Below, piece by piece: positions 23,638 through 35,181 of a DNA stretch of 64,000 nt. Source of the DNA: Alloascoidea hylecoeti. Taxonomy: Eukaryota. The notes beneath the pieces were generated by a model. It worked only from the letters and a program-made list of their open reading frames with translations, did no database searches and was not told where the DNA came from. The position numbers and the translations under genes are program-made. Each line of letters starts with the position of its first letter. Within the stretch, counting starts at the first letter, position 1. The stretch spans positions 1-64,000 of the forward strand of contig BCKZ01000037.1 of assembly GCA_001600815.1 (NCBI GenBank), written 5' to 3'.

Positions 23638-25764
23638 TTACTGCTTCGTTTTATGTTCCTTCAGTTTCTTCTGGCGGCTTCGTCCCTTTAGCTTTTTGCG
23701 ACTTTTTGTAGAATCATTATTATCGTCATGTTTCCGTTTTTCTTTAGTCCGCTTAGGTTGTTCATCGGTTGTTACTGCAAGCTTTCCAATATTATCATCC
23801 AACTTTTCTTCATATTTATCAATCTGTGTAGAGTCTTTGCTTGACTTCTCTTTATTTGTTACTTTGGTAGTCTTAGGTATTTCTTGGGAATTTTTAACCT
23901 TCGGTGGAGCATTTTCATACTTTTCTTGTCTCATTTCACTTTTCCATTCATATGGTTTTCTTGTATATAATTCCATTTTCCAGTTTTTCCAGACAGATTT
24001 CCCATAAACATTATTCGTGACGTTATCTCTGTTATTAAACAAATCAATGGCAATTCTTTCTCTAAACATATTAAGTTGTCTAAGAAAATCCCATAGAGCA
24101 TCAATTATATGTGATCCATAAGCATTACAAGCCAAATCGGCAAAATTTCCGTTAAGTTTATTAAAAAACCTACGCCTCTTTACAATCACAAGCGAGGGCT
24201 GAAGAGTCTTATCAACAACATGAGAAAAAACTCCATGCTTACACATTTGAAGTAATCTTTCGGTTTCTAGATCTAAAAGACCATCCATTGTCGCCTCAAG
24301 AAATTTAGGATCATAATTATTCAACGTTTGCAGAAACAATGAACATCTTCTTTCCTCCGCAGTTGGCCAATCATCATTAGTATTACCGAGGGTTGAAGTA
24401 GCAAGTTTCAATACTCTATGCATTAACAATGTATGATTTTGTTCATTATCGCCTGTAGTAGTATATTTTTCAAAAATGATCTCTATTATCTTCTCTTTTT
24501 CATAATTCTTCTCATTCGAAACTTCAACTATTGTCTTTACCAAATCAAGATTACCTTCGAGTAAAATCTTAAGCTCTGGTAGTAAAGCGTCAATAATATA
24601 TTTAACATCTGATGATCCCAGCTTTCTTAATAGTCCCTGAACTACATAACTTCCTGCTTCTCTTTTAGCCAACTTCTCTATTCTAGAAGCCATATACAAA
24701 CGATATAATCGTTTAATATATTTTGCTTTTTCAAACTCAACTACAGCTTCTAAGAAATGAGAACCAACAGGATCTGATAATAAATATTCAACAAATGCTC
24801 CCTCTTTGGGATCTTCCGGATCATCAACTCCTTTAAAGATAACATGCCAAAATGGACGTGTTTTTTCAACCTGTCCTTCAATATCTAAAATCAATTGTAT
24901 TACTGGACTTGAAATTTTGTTAATAGATAATTCTCTTGCTTGTCTTGTATCAATATTTTTTGTTAGTTTCATAATAACTTTATTCAATTCATTTTTGAAA
25001 GATGAAGGAACTTGATGTATTTTATCATAATCGTCATTGTCTTTAATATAAATCATTTTTCTTGCTATTTTACTTCTTTTGCTTCTAAGAGTTGAATTAT
25101 TTAGTGTCGAAGATGGTAATTTCCTACTCGCCAATAAGATTAAAATAAGTCTCACAACATGAGATCCATAAGCATTGGATAATAAAGGTTGAATCTGTGG
25201 TTCGATTTCATTTACAAATGATAAAAATAAATCTTCCATACTTATAAAATCTTCATTATTTTCTAATAATTCAGGATTTAATAATTCTTCTTCAACCACA
25301 GAAACTCCTCTAACAAGTAAAGTTTCTAGACAGTGTGAAGAATATTTATGTTGTGATAAATTAATAATATGGCCTCTGAAAGCTTTATATAATCCTTTTA
25401 ATTGTTCTGTATCTGACGATAAAATTAATCTTTCAATCAATTTTGAACATATCTGATTGGTAACCAGTTTTAATTCTTTACCTTTAGATTCTTCAAAAAC
25501 ACTTGATATAAAACCTAAACATTCCTCAGGACTTGCAAATGAATCAGCAGCAAGTGTACTCTCTGCTTGTTTAAAATACTCCATTTCTTCTTTATCTACC
25601 AATCCAAAAAATACAGAAGTATTATCATTTGATATTTGATTTTGTTCTTCTTCCTCCTTTCCATCTCCACGGTCAACGTAGAATCCAACACTTGCATTAT
25701 CCTCCTTCTCACGGTGTGATTTCTTTTCACCGCGCCTTCCTCTTTTCTTATGCTCTTTATCCAT
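23638..25764 (-). CDS. NOP9: Nop9, pumilio-repeat nucleolar protein
   Basis: FFGLVDKEEMEYFKQAESTL, KGKELKLVTNQICSKLIERLI, HKYSSHCLETLL, LACNAYGSHI. Confidence 0.93.
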   Translation of the reverse strand: MDKEHKKRGRRGEKKSHREKEDNASVGFYVDRGDGKEEEEQNQISNDNTSVFFGLVDKEEMEYFKQAESTLAADSFASPEECLGFISSVFEESKGKELKLVTNQICSKLIERLILSSDTEQLKGLYKAFRGHIINLSQHKYSSHCLETLLVRGVSVVEEELLNPELLENNEDFISMEDLFLSFVNEIEPQIQPLLSNAYGSHVVRLILILLASRKLPSSTLNNSTLRSKRSKIARKMIYIKDNDDYDKIHQVPSSFKNELNKVIMKLTKNIDTRQARELSINKISSPVIQLILDIEGQVEKTRPFWHVIFKGVDDPEDPKEGAFVEYLLSDPVGSHFLEAVVEFEKAKYIKRLYRLYMASRIEKLAKREAGSYVVQGLLRKLGSSDVKYIIDALLPELKILLEGNLDLVKTIVEVSNEKNYEKEKIIEIIFEKYTTTGDNEQNHTLLMHRVLKLATSTLGNTNDDWPTAEERRCSLFLQTLNNYDPKFLEATMDGLLDLETERLLQMCKHGVFSHVVDKTLQPSLVIVKRRRFFNKLNGNFADLACNAYGSHIIDALWDFLRQLNMFRERIAIDLFNNRDNVTNNVYGKSVWKNWKMELYTRKPYEWKSEMRQEKYENAPPKVKNSQEIPKTTKVTNKEKSSKDSTQIDKYEEKLDDNIGKLAVTTDEQPKRTKEKRKHDDNNDSTKSRKKLKGRSRQKKLKEHKTKQ

Positions 25765-26085
25765 TTTTATTATCTGTTAGATTTGTTGAAAAATAAGAAG
25801 TTAATTTGAAAAATATTTCTTTTCTGTGTGGTCACGTGTAAAGAGTTGTCAAGACGTTAAAAAAAAAGTTACGCAATGCATGATAAAATTACTTAATGAT
25901 TTTTTATACAATGATAAGTTATAAGATATATGTGGTAGGTATAATATTATATAACTGTTTAAAATTCGCGAACACACTTAAATAAACTTAAATCAATCCC
26001 AATACTATTTAATTTATAAACTGAACCAAAAGATATATGATGTAATTCATCAAATGCAAATTAAGAGGTTTACAAGCAAGCTGTA

Positions 26086-27305
26086 TTAACGATTGAACAA
26101 ATAGGTCATAGCAGCTGCTAAATCCCAATCTACTCGTCCTAGAGCAGCTTTAGCATCACTTGTAGAAAATCCCATACCAACCAATTCCTGTAATGATATA
26201 GATTTTGGAGTTAGAGTAGTTGCATTTGGTTCCACAGCTTTGGATACAGCAGCTGGTGAGTTTGAAGAAGGTCTTGGAGAAACATGACCTTCCTCCGCTG
26301 CTTCATACACTGAACTTTCATCACTGCTGCTACTGCTATCATCATCTATACCCAATTCTTGAATAGGTGGAAACTCTTCTACTTTTAGAGGTTTGACTGA
26401 TGGTACAGAATTCTTGACAGGTGCGGCAACATCAGGAGTTAGACTTTTTGAAGGTGCTGATCCACCAGCAACAGATAAATCTGAAATATCAGGAAAACGA
26501 GAATTCACATCCTCATCCTCATCAACATCTTTAGATTCTACTTTTTCTATAGGTTGAGGATCAGGTGTAACAAAATTCTCAGGACTAGTTGAAGAATCAC
26601 CTGTATCACCTGTTTCAACGCCAGAAATAGTTTCAGTAGAAGCACCAATTTGAGCATTACTAAATCTTTTACCTGTTCTACTAAGAACACCGACCTCTGA
26701 TAGTTTAATTATCATTTGGCTAATTAATACCGAATTTGGATCAAAACCTAAGAAACATTTAAATGTCTTTCCAACTAAAGTGTTTTCAAACTTCGTGATT
26801 CTGTTTTGAATTCTGATACTACGTATGATAGTATTAACATTTGGAAGTCTTTGATTTGTATCCTGAACTAGCTTTAAATAATCTTTTATTTTCCCGTAAA
26901 TTGAATCAATTATTTCCTGGTTTATTGACACGACGTCAGAGCAGAATGTTTAAAATTCATTATAAGCTCTCCTACATCTCTTCATCAACGGTTTTGATGA
27001 AATAATTCGTCATTTGAGGTTTTGTGAGACTCTTTTCCTCGTTGGCACTTTGACTGACGTAAAGTCGCGATGTAAATTCAGCAAAGAAAACAGTAATATT
27101 TTGACTATAACCAAAGTTTATTATTCCCAGTAATGGGCTTTGATTGATTAAAGTTTTTACCTTCTGACTCCTCGGAGAAAGGATAGTCTTTAACAGGTGA
27201 AGTTGAGTCGATGGAGGGTACAAACTGCTGTTTAAATGACCAAGCAGACAATTCCATAATAGGTTCCACTGTTGCTTTTTCTTCCTTAATTTTTGTGTCA
27301 CCCAT
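26086..27305 (-). pseudogene. Chimeric or decayed partial EDE1 duplicate (EDE1 linker plus UBA domain behind unrelated upstream sequence)
   Basis: 26226-26659 matches 28250-28683 with only 2 mismatches seen; UBA 26086-26213 is a diverged copy of 27771-27898; the upstream part has a frameshift and a stop. Confidence 0.7.
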
Positions 27306-27770
27306 GATCTAACAACTTTGGGATGATTATTCTTTTCCGAATGTATAATCCATCGACCATAAACCTCGAAAATAGTTGCAATAATCCATCAATAAAATTT
27401 AATAATTCTGCCACGGTTATTTAAATGACCTTTAAGCTCTAATTTACAATACAAAATGTAATACAAAAGTAGATAAAGTAGATTACTAAATTTAGGAATG
27501 GTTTCCCGTGGTTCTGTGATGTGATGATGGTTCTCAACAGAATGGGGATTCCTCTATATAAATTTCATTGATTGTGATTGGTTGTGGCACCTTAGTATAC
27601 CGGTATAATAAATGATATAACTGTTTAAAAATCACAAATTCACCTAAATAATAAACTTAAGTCAATTGCAATACTATTTAATTTATAAAACTAAACCAAA
27701 ACATATGATGTAAACTCATCAAATGCATAAAAAATAAAACAAATAAGAAAACAAGCAATATTAATGTTAA

Positions 27771-30700
27771 TTAATGATCCAACAAATAGTTTGTAGCAGC
27801 TGCTAAATCCCAATTCACTCGTTCTAAAGCTGCTTTAGCATCACTTGTTGAAAATCCCATATCAACTAATTCCTGTAATGATATAGATTTTGGAGTTATT
27901 GGTACAGCAGAACCTCTAACAGGTGGTGGTGGTGCAACAGGTTTAGTTTGTTCAGGTATTGTTGGTTGAGGTTTAACTTGTTCAATTGATCTTGTTGTAC
28001 CTGTAAATTCATGTTCGAATTGATCAAATTTATTAGCATTATCAAATTCAAAATCATCATCAAATGTATCTTTTGCAGGTGCAAGATCCGTAAAATCACC
28101 AAAAATTGAATCAAAACTATCTTCATTTGTCGTAGTTGGAACTGGTTTAGGATCTTTTGATTGTTGAATTTCAGGGGCTGAAAACTGAGATGAAAAAGGT
28201 TGATTAAAATCAGCAAATGCGGATTCAAAATCATCCTGAGCAGTAGTAGTTGGTTCCACAGCTTTAGGTACAGCAGCTGGTGAGTTTGAAGAAGGTCTTG
28301 GAGAAACATGACCTTCCTCCGCTGCTTCATACACTGAACTTTCATCACTGCTGCTACTGCTATCATCATCTATACCCAATTCTTGAATAGGTGGAAACTC
28401 TTCTACTTTTAGAGGTTTGACTGATGGTACAGAATTCTTGACAGGTGCGGCAACATCAGGAGTTAGACTTTTTGAAGGTGCTGATCCACCAGCAACAGAT
28501 AAATCTGAAATATCAGGAAAACGAGAATTCACATCCTCATCCTCATCAACATCTTTAGATTCTACTTTTTCTATAGGTTGAGGATCAGGTGTAACAAAAT
28601 TCTCAGGACTAGTTGAAGAATCACCTGTATCACCTGTTTCAACGCCAGAAATAGTTTCAGTAGAAGCACCAATTTGAGCATTATGAGTACCTAAATCTTT
28701 TGCATTAACAACTTCTGAATGTGTGACTTCTTTTGGAGTTGGAATTGAATCTCCTGTTGAATAACTATCATGAGTTGCTAAACTTTCCGAACGAAGTTGA
28801 GAACCAGGATGAGTAGATAGATAATATTCTTCACTTTCTTCAACAGTTGATGCTTCTCCCGAAACATCTTGTGAAGTTGATTGTTTAACTTCAAGTGTTT
28901 CAGATGGAGACACCGGTGTCGAAACATCAATATCATCCCTTACAGAATTAGGAGGATTATTCTGAACAGAAGAAGTCGAAGATCTAGGTCTTTCAATAGG
29001 TAAATTAAAATCATTAAATCCACCTTGAATATCAGAAGAAGAAGGTGAAGTATTTGGAGTTTCAGATCTTACATTACTTGAATTTGTAGGATCAACAATT
29101 GATGGTGATGCTTGACTTGCAGAATTAAAAATATCATCAAATTCATTCCCTTCATAAAAATTAGGTGTTGAATTTGATGTATTTTCATTTTCGTTCCCCC
29201 CTGAAAACATTGAAAAAAAGGGATTTGTTTGTGATGATGTTTGATTACTATTAGTGGCAGATTCATTTGTATCAGGATGGAAACTAACTTCTCTTGTTCC
29301 ATCATTACCACCAGGTGTTATAGTATCTCTTCTACCACTAACTTGAGCCTCAATTAATTTATTTTGAGAATCTAATTCTTTTTCAATATTTTTTAATTCT
29401 TCATTTTCTTTTAAAATATTATTTTTTATTTTAGTATTTTCTTCTTCTGAAATTGCTAGTTGTTTTTTATTTATTTCAACTAATCCTTTTTGTTGTTTTG
29501 AATTTTTTTCAATTTGTTCCAATTTTGATTTTAATGTTGAATTTTCTAAATTAATTGATTTAATTTTTTCTTTTAAATTTTTATTTTCTTCTTGATTTTT
29601 TTGTAAATTAGTTGAAAATTCTTGATATTTTCTTTGAGTTTCATTTAATTGTGCTTCTAAAATTGATGATTCTTCACGTATTGAATTATTATCTTGAATT
29701 GATTTAGTTAATAAATCTTCAACTTCTTTAACTTTAATGACTTCCGAATCATAAGCTTTTCTTAATATTCCTAATTTACCTTCAACTGATTTCTTTAATG
29801 ATAAAATTTTTGCTAATTCTGCTTCTGCTCTTGCTCTTTTTTCATGCAATGCTGTTGTTTGTGTTGTTAATGAACCAATTTGATTAGAAAGATTAGCCAT
29901 ATCTGTTGTTGCATTAGATAATTTACCAGATATTTCTGGATCTGAATCAGCAAGTATGTCATTGTTAACAGGTTGAGGGGATCTAACAGGTGGTGGAGGT
30001 GCAGTTCCTCTTTGTGTAGTAGCTAAAGAAGAGGAAGGTCTACGTCCTGCTGATGAACCAGTAGAAGTTGGCTGAAGGGAAGGTGTGCCAGAATGAAGTC
30101 TGAACGCATCATAATTAGGAACACGACTTCCTGATGCTTGAGGTTGAAGAGTTGTTCTCCCACCTGTTCCTTGAGATTGTAGTACATTACTACCTGATAA
30201 TTGAGCTTGTAAAACTTTTCCGCCTGTTCCTTGAGATTGTAAAACATTACCACCTGATAATTGAGCTTGAAGAACTCTGCCACCTGTTCCTTGAGATTGT
30301 AGTAAATTACTACCTGATAATTGAGCTTGTAAAACTTTTCCGCCTGTTCCTTGAGATTGTAGATTATTAACGCCTGGAGGAGTACCAACTTTAGTTGTAT
30401 CTTCCGCAGGTTTCGAATCAGCTAGCATCGATTGACCGAAACTTGAAGTTGGAACAAATCTTCCACCTGTAACCGATGAACTTAACGCTCCTCCACTTGG
30501 TTGTCCCGTAACTTCAGGTGTTGAGAACAAATCATTAAGTGATGCCAAATCCTGTAATGAACTCGAGGTGTTTTGTGCATTCAGTGAATTAGAAGGTTGA
30601 GCAGGTACCGGTGGAGGTTGTAATTGTTGTATTGGTTGTTGTTCTTCAATTTTAACTTCACCAGGTGAAAACAACCCAGCAGATAAATCAACAGCGGGTT

Positions 30701-32032
30701 CATTTTGAATAGGTGTTGATTGTCCTAATAAAGAAGGAGGTAAAACACTTGGTAATTCATGACCAGTTAGTTTCAATTGAACCAAAAACATTGCAATTGA
30801 AAATTCTCTTGTTGTAAATATACCATTATTATTTAAATCTGCTAAATCCCAAATAGATGCTAAAATATCTTGTGATAATTTAGAAGTTGATAAAAATGGT
30901 GCAACTTCTCCTGGTCCTAAAGTTCCAGTATGTTCTTTATCTAATGAATTGAAAAGTGCATCATATTGTGCCTTTTCTTGTGGTGTTATTATCATTGGAG
31001 GAACTGAATGGATTTGATTACCACTAATTTGTTGTTGTATTGGTGGTGGTACATTTCTTTGAACAGGTGGTGGTGGTGGTGGTGGAGTTTGTAAAGCAGG
31101 AGAAACTGGATTAGTTGGTCCAGAAATAGGTGTAGCAGCAATTTCATAAAATGATGAAGGTAAAGTATCAGGAACTTGTTTTAATGAACCATTTAAAACA
31201 CATTGAATAAGATGCATTGCAACAATAAATTCTGATAGAGATAATTCACCATGATTTTCAGTATCTGCTAAATTCCAAATTTGTCCAAGAGTTACAGTTG
31301 GTAATTTTGCTTTCATGAAAATACTTCTTGCATGATTTCCTTTTAATACACCAGTTGTTGTAGTTTTTGCAAACATACGGGTGAATTTCAATTTTTCGGC
31401 ATCTGTTAATGGAGGTACGGAAGATGTTGGAATAGGTGCCGCAGGTGGAGGAACCGGAGATCTAATTTGTGGAGGAGGAGGAGGAGCAATTCCGGCAAAT
31501 CTAGGCAATGGACCAGCTAAAATATCAAAAACGATAATTAGAATTTCAAAAACAAATTTTCATAATCCAAAATGGGTATTTAATACTTACGAGAATCAGC
31601 AAGATGTGGAGATAATTTAACACCATTTTGAACATAACCAATTAATCTCATAGCAATACAAAACCCAGTTTGAGTTAAGAAACCAAGATTATTTGTATCT
31701 GAATATTGCCATATTTCTCCTAAAGTTGTAGGAGGTAATCCTGATTTTTCAAAAGTAACTCTTGCTGCTTCACCAGTTATAATTCCAGCGCCTTGTTTAT
31801 CTAAAGATTTAAATAATGAGCCATAAAATCTTTTTTCTTCACTACTTAATCCTTTTCTTTGAGATGTTGAACCTCCAGTAACTAATTAAAAAGAAAGGAT
31901 TATGTTAAAATGTTGTTCAAATACAAACAATTGTAAACTTGAAGATGCTAACAGATCTATAAATATAAATTGAAATAATTGAAGGGTCGTACCTTGAGGA
32001 GAGAAAGAGCTTCGAGGTATACTAAAGCTCAT
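27771..32032 (-). CDS. EDE1: Ede1 endocytic scaffold (3 EH domains, coiled coil, UBA); exons 32032-31993, 31881-31591, 31516-27771
   Basis: EH domains (LGEIWQYSD, LGQIWNLAD, LASIWDLAD), coiled coil, UBA (LQELVDMGFS...NWDLAAATNYLLD); introns 31882-31992 (GTACGA...TAG) and 31517-31590 (GTAAGT...TAG) keep the frame. Confidence 0.92.
30160..30362. repeat. Coding minisatellite in EDE1, 60-bp unit x ~3.4 with a 30-bp subunit
   Basis: c(a/g)cctgttccttgagattgt recurs at 30161, 30221, 30281 and 30341; encodes LQSQGTGGK/RVLQAQLSG repeats. Confidence 0.9.
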
Positions 32033-32295
32033 CTTTTAAAGATTCCTTTGAATAACAGGTTTATTTAAATATTCCGGGTGTTGATGTTTTCTTGGGGATA
32101 TTTAAAAGCCAAAGGCTGATCAGGGATAACCTTTAAAGGATTCTGAAGTGCCAGGAATGTGTGCACGTGCGGGCTCCCGAATAGTCCGTATTTCCATGCG
32201 TGTAATAACTATACTGTGCCTAAGTATATCTCATCATTATCTATCTAACAAATCTCCTTCAAGTTTATGTTTAAGATAACAATAAAGAAGTAAAA

Positions 32296-32662
32296 ATGGA
32301 ACAACAATATATTACATTAATATCATCAGATGGATTTGAAATAGTTATAAATTTACAAGCTGCTTTAATATCAGGAACATTAAAATCAATGTTATATAAC
32401 AATTCAAACTTTAAATTTAAAGAATCATTATCAAAAAAGATAAAATTACCTGAAATTAATTCTAATTTATTAGAAAAAATTTGTGAATATTTATATTACA
32501 ATTTAAAATATAAAGATTTTAATGGTGATGTTCCTGAATTTGATATTCCTCCTGAAATTGCTTTAGAATTATTGGTTGCTGCTGATTATTTGGATGGTAA
32601 GTATTGATTTATCATTTTCTAGTTTTTTTTTGAGGTTATAATTACTAATATGTTTAGTATAA
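32296..32662 (+). CDS. ELC1: Elongin C; exons 32296-32596 and 32658-32662
   Basis: YITLISSDGFE...ISGTLKSML...LEKICEYLYYNLKY...FDIPPEIALELLVAADYLD; 61-nt intron 32597-32657 (GTAAGT...TACTAAT...TAG) gives ...YLDV*. Confidence 0.92.
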
Positions 32663-33029
32663 TATTAATAAGTTTTGAATCACGATAATGCTGAAATATT
32701 TAATTTGGAAGACGTTAACGTTCATTCAATAATCGCGTTTGAACTCTTAAATAATCAACCAATGAGTTATACATCTCATTGTTAAGTTCTATGTATTCTA
32801 TTTTGTTTCTCGTTTTGTGTCTTACCTCTTCACTATTGTTGTTCTTCACTCCCGGTCGTTCGATTTAGAGGGGCCATTTTTATGATGCTATAATCTAGAT
32901 ATCTATTAGGCTCTTAGGTACCGTATATGCTATAATTAATCCAAATATTTACTGTATCAGTAAATAAGACCAATACAGACAGACAACCTTGGCAAACCAT
33001 ATAATAAGATAAAATTTTACGGATATTTA

Positions 33030-34190
33030 TAACACCTTTAGTCTAACAGCACTAAACAACTTCTTAGTAGTCAATATCTTCTCATCGGGGTTGTCGTCAG
33101 CCACTAGATTCATATGTGATTCTTTCATCTTAATATCTTCACCACTGTCAACAGTAATTGCTGCACCAATAATCGTTACATCACATTTCTGAAGTATCTT
33201 CATGAATCCGATAAGAATGAATCATCCGAATAATCCGACTTATAACTACAACCAATGATACTTTCAAATTGATCATCTTCAGTGTACTCAGATCCACTTT
33301 CAGAATCACTAAAATCATCATCACTAAAGTAATACGATTGCTTCTTTGGCTTTCTGAAATTACACCCTACTATACTTGGCGCTTCAGAAACTATTGGTGC
33401 AGCTACTGGCGGATTATATGATTGAATGCGACTTGCTTTTATACAAAATTCTCCCGGTCTTTCATTATCGATCTTAATAAGCTCATTCCTAAGAATTGAA
33501 ACACTATCCCTTTTAGTGAATGGATGATCACAATATACTGTACTTATTTAGATGGTGAAGATGTCTTTTCTTTTAGTTAGAGAACGAGTCCAATTTATGC
33601 TCTTAGCCCAATAGAGTATCCCAAGAGTTGAATGTTCTGTTGAAATGACATAATGTTACCCTCTTGTTTGAATATTCGTTTTCAAATTCTCACACGATAT
33701 AATCATGGTAAGCCCTACCAACCTCTTCGTACGCTTCCAATTGGTTGTCCTTCTCACGTTCATCATTGGCATAACCAAATCAAATCACCACGCGCAAAAG
33801 GGGCTGGTATGTCAACAACCTCGAGGTACTTATTTTGTCGTAAACTTGATGCTACTATGAGCGCTTCCTCTAAAACAGCCAAGTAACCAGTATCATCACA
33901 ATAATTAAAGCTGCCCACATTAAATCACTGTTCATAGTACAACTCAACGTACCTTGATACCTACCTCTTGATACTAACTTCACAACCTTACAATCTGGGA
34001 TTGAAATATGACTCTTTCTCTTCACAAATCGGTTAGGATATGACTTACATATCATAATAATAGCACAATTATACGCATGATTGTCACAATTATCACTCGA
34101 AACGTAAGTTGTATTATCATTATAGAATTCATCAACTATAGTTGCGATGGTATATTGAACACTAACCACTGGAAAGTCTTTAATATCCAC
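33030..34190 (-). pseudogene. Degenerate coding remnant of unknown family
   Basis: Protein-like runs across several frames (GYLAVLEEALIVASSLRQNKYLEVVDIP; ANDEREKDNQLEAYEEVGRAYHDYIV; YYFSDDDFSDSESGSEYTEDD) broken by stops and frameshifts. Confidence 0.4.
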
Positions 34191-34798
34191 AGCACCTCAA
34201 CCCAGTAAATCAAAATACAATAAAACACCTTTAATTAAATGGCTAAGCTTATTTTGCATGCTACCACATGATTGTAGCGTTCGACGAAATTTCTCCTCAT
34301 ATTTTCCAGTCATTTTCTTTACTTCTCTAGGCAGTAAGCCAGATATAACTTATAGAGTGCTGAAGGATTAAATTTTTTATCTTGAACCATCAGTTTTATC
34401 TTTGGGATCATACGTAACTTATAGTACTAATACCAGACATAAAAGTAGCCTTAACCATGATTCTACTTCACTTGAAATTAGCATTAATATCAAGTGGTTG
34501 TTGTTTAAAAACATTAGATCTAACAAACTTATAACCAATAACTTTTTACTACCACTTTTCTTTTTATTATGGTGGCTCCCGCATGGCGCATGGGGAGTTG
34601 TTTATCTTCTAAATCTTGCATTTTACAATATTTTATTTTGCTTTTAAAAGTATTAGTTATTTTATAATCTGATAAATAGTGTTTTATCTTTGTAGTGATT
34701 AATGTTGAAACGATTGTTCAAGAATAAAAAGTGTAGAATAGAACCTCCGGATCCATGAAGCAAGATGAGCTTCTCCTAGCTAGTAATATAAATATACC

Positions 34799-35071
34799 CC
34801 GTGCTTTTCATGTGCGTATTTACCATACTTCCCTAAGTATATATCATCCCTATCTATCAAAGATTCAAAACAAACCTCCTCAAGATATCGATCTTGATAA
34901 TAATAAAAGGAAATGGAACAATATATTACATTATTATATTATTAATGTGTGTTCAGTGTAATATTAATAAGTTTTGAATTACAATAATGGTTAATATTTA
35001 ACGAAGTTTATTAATCTCACTTAAACAGTTAAATAATGAACTTATGAGTTATGTATCTCATTGTTAAGTTC
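34799..35071 (+). pseudogene. Collapsed duplicate of the ELC1 locus (promoter and first codons fused to the intron end and 3' flank)
   Basis: 34799-34935 resembles 32186-32320 (ATG GAA CAA TAT ATT ACA TTA at 34913); 34940-35071 resembles 32640-32789. Confidence 0.75.
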
Positions 35072-35181
35072 AAGTTGATTCATGAGATATATGATCATAC
35101 AGTAAACATTTGATTATTAAATAGCATGTACATGATGATCCTATATACATGTATCTATACCATAGCACGTTAAATTCATAA

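Noticed and set aside
14558..31620. Short antisense or alternate-frame ORFs inside AVL9, SCC3, NOP9 and EDE1 (also in RGP1, PHO85, TRM44, DCK1)
   Set aside because: They are shadows of long genes with biased codon usage and show no independent protein features
34576..34612. GC-rich hairpin followed 11 nt later by CTAA as a second Helitron end
   Set aside because: Not followed by T and unrelated in sequence to the 50790 hairpin
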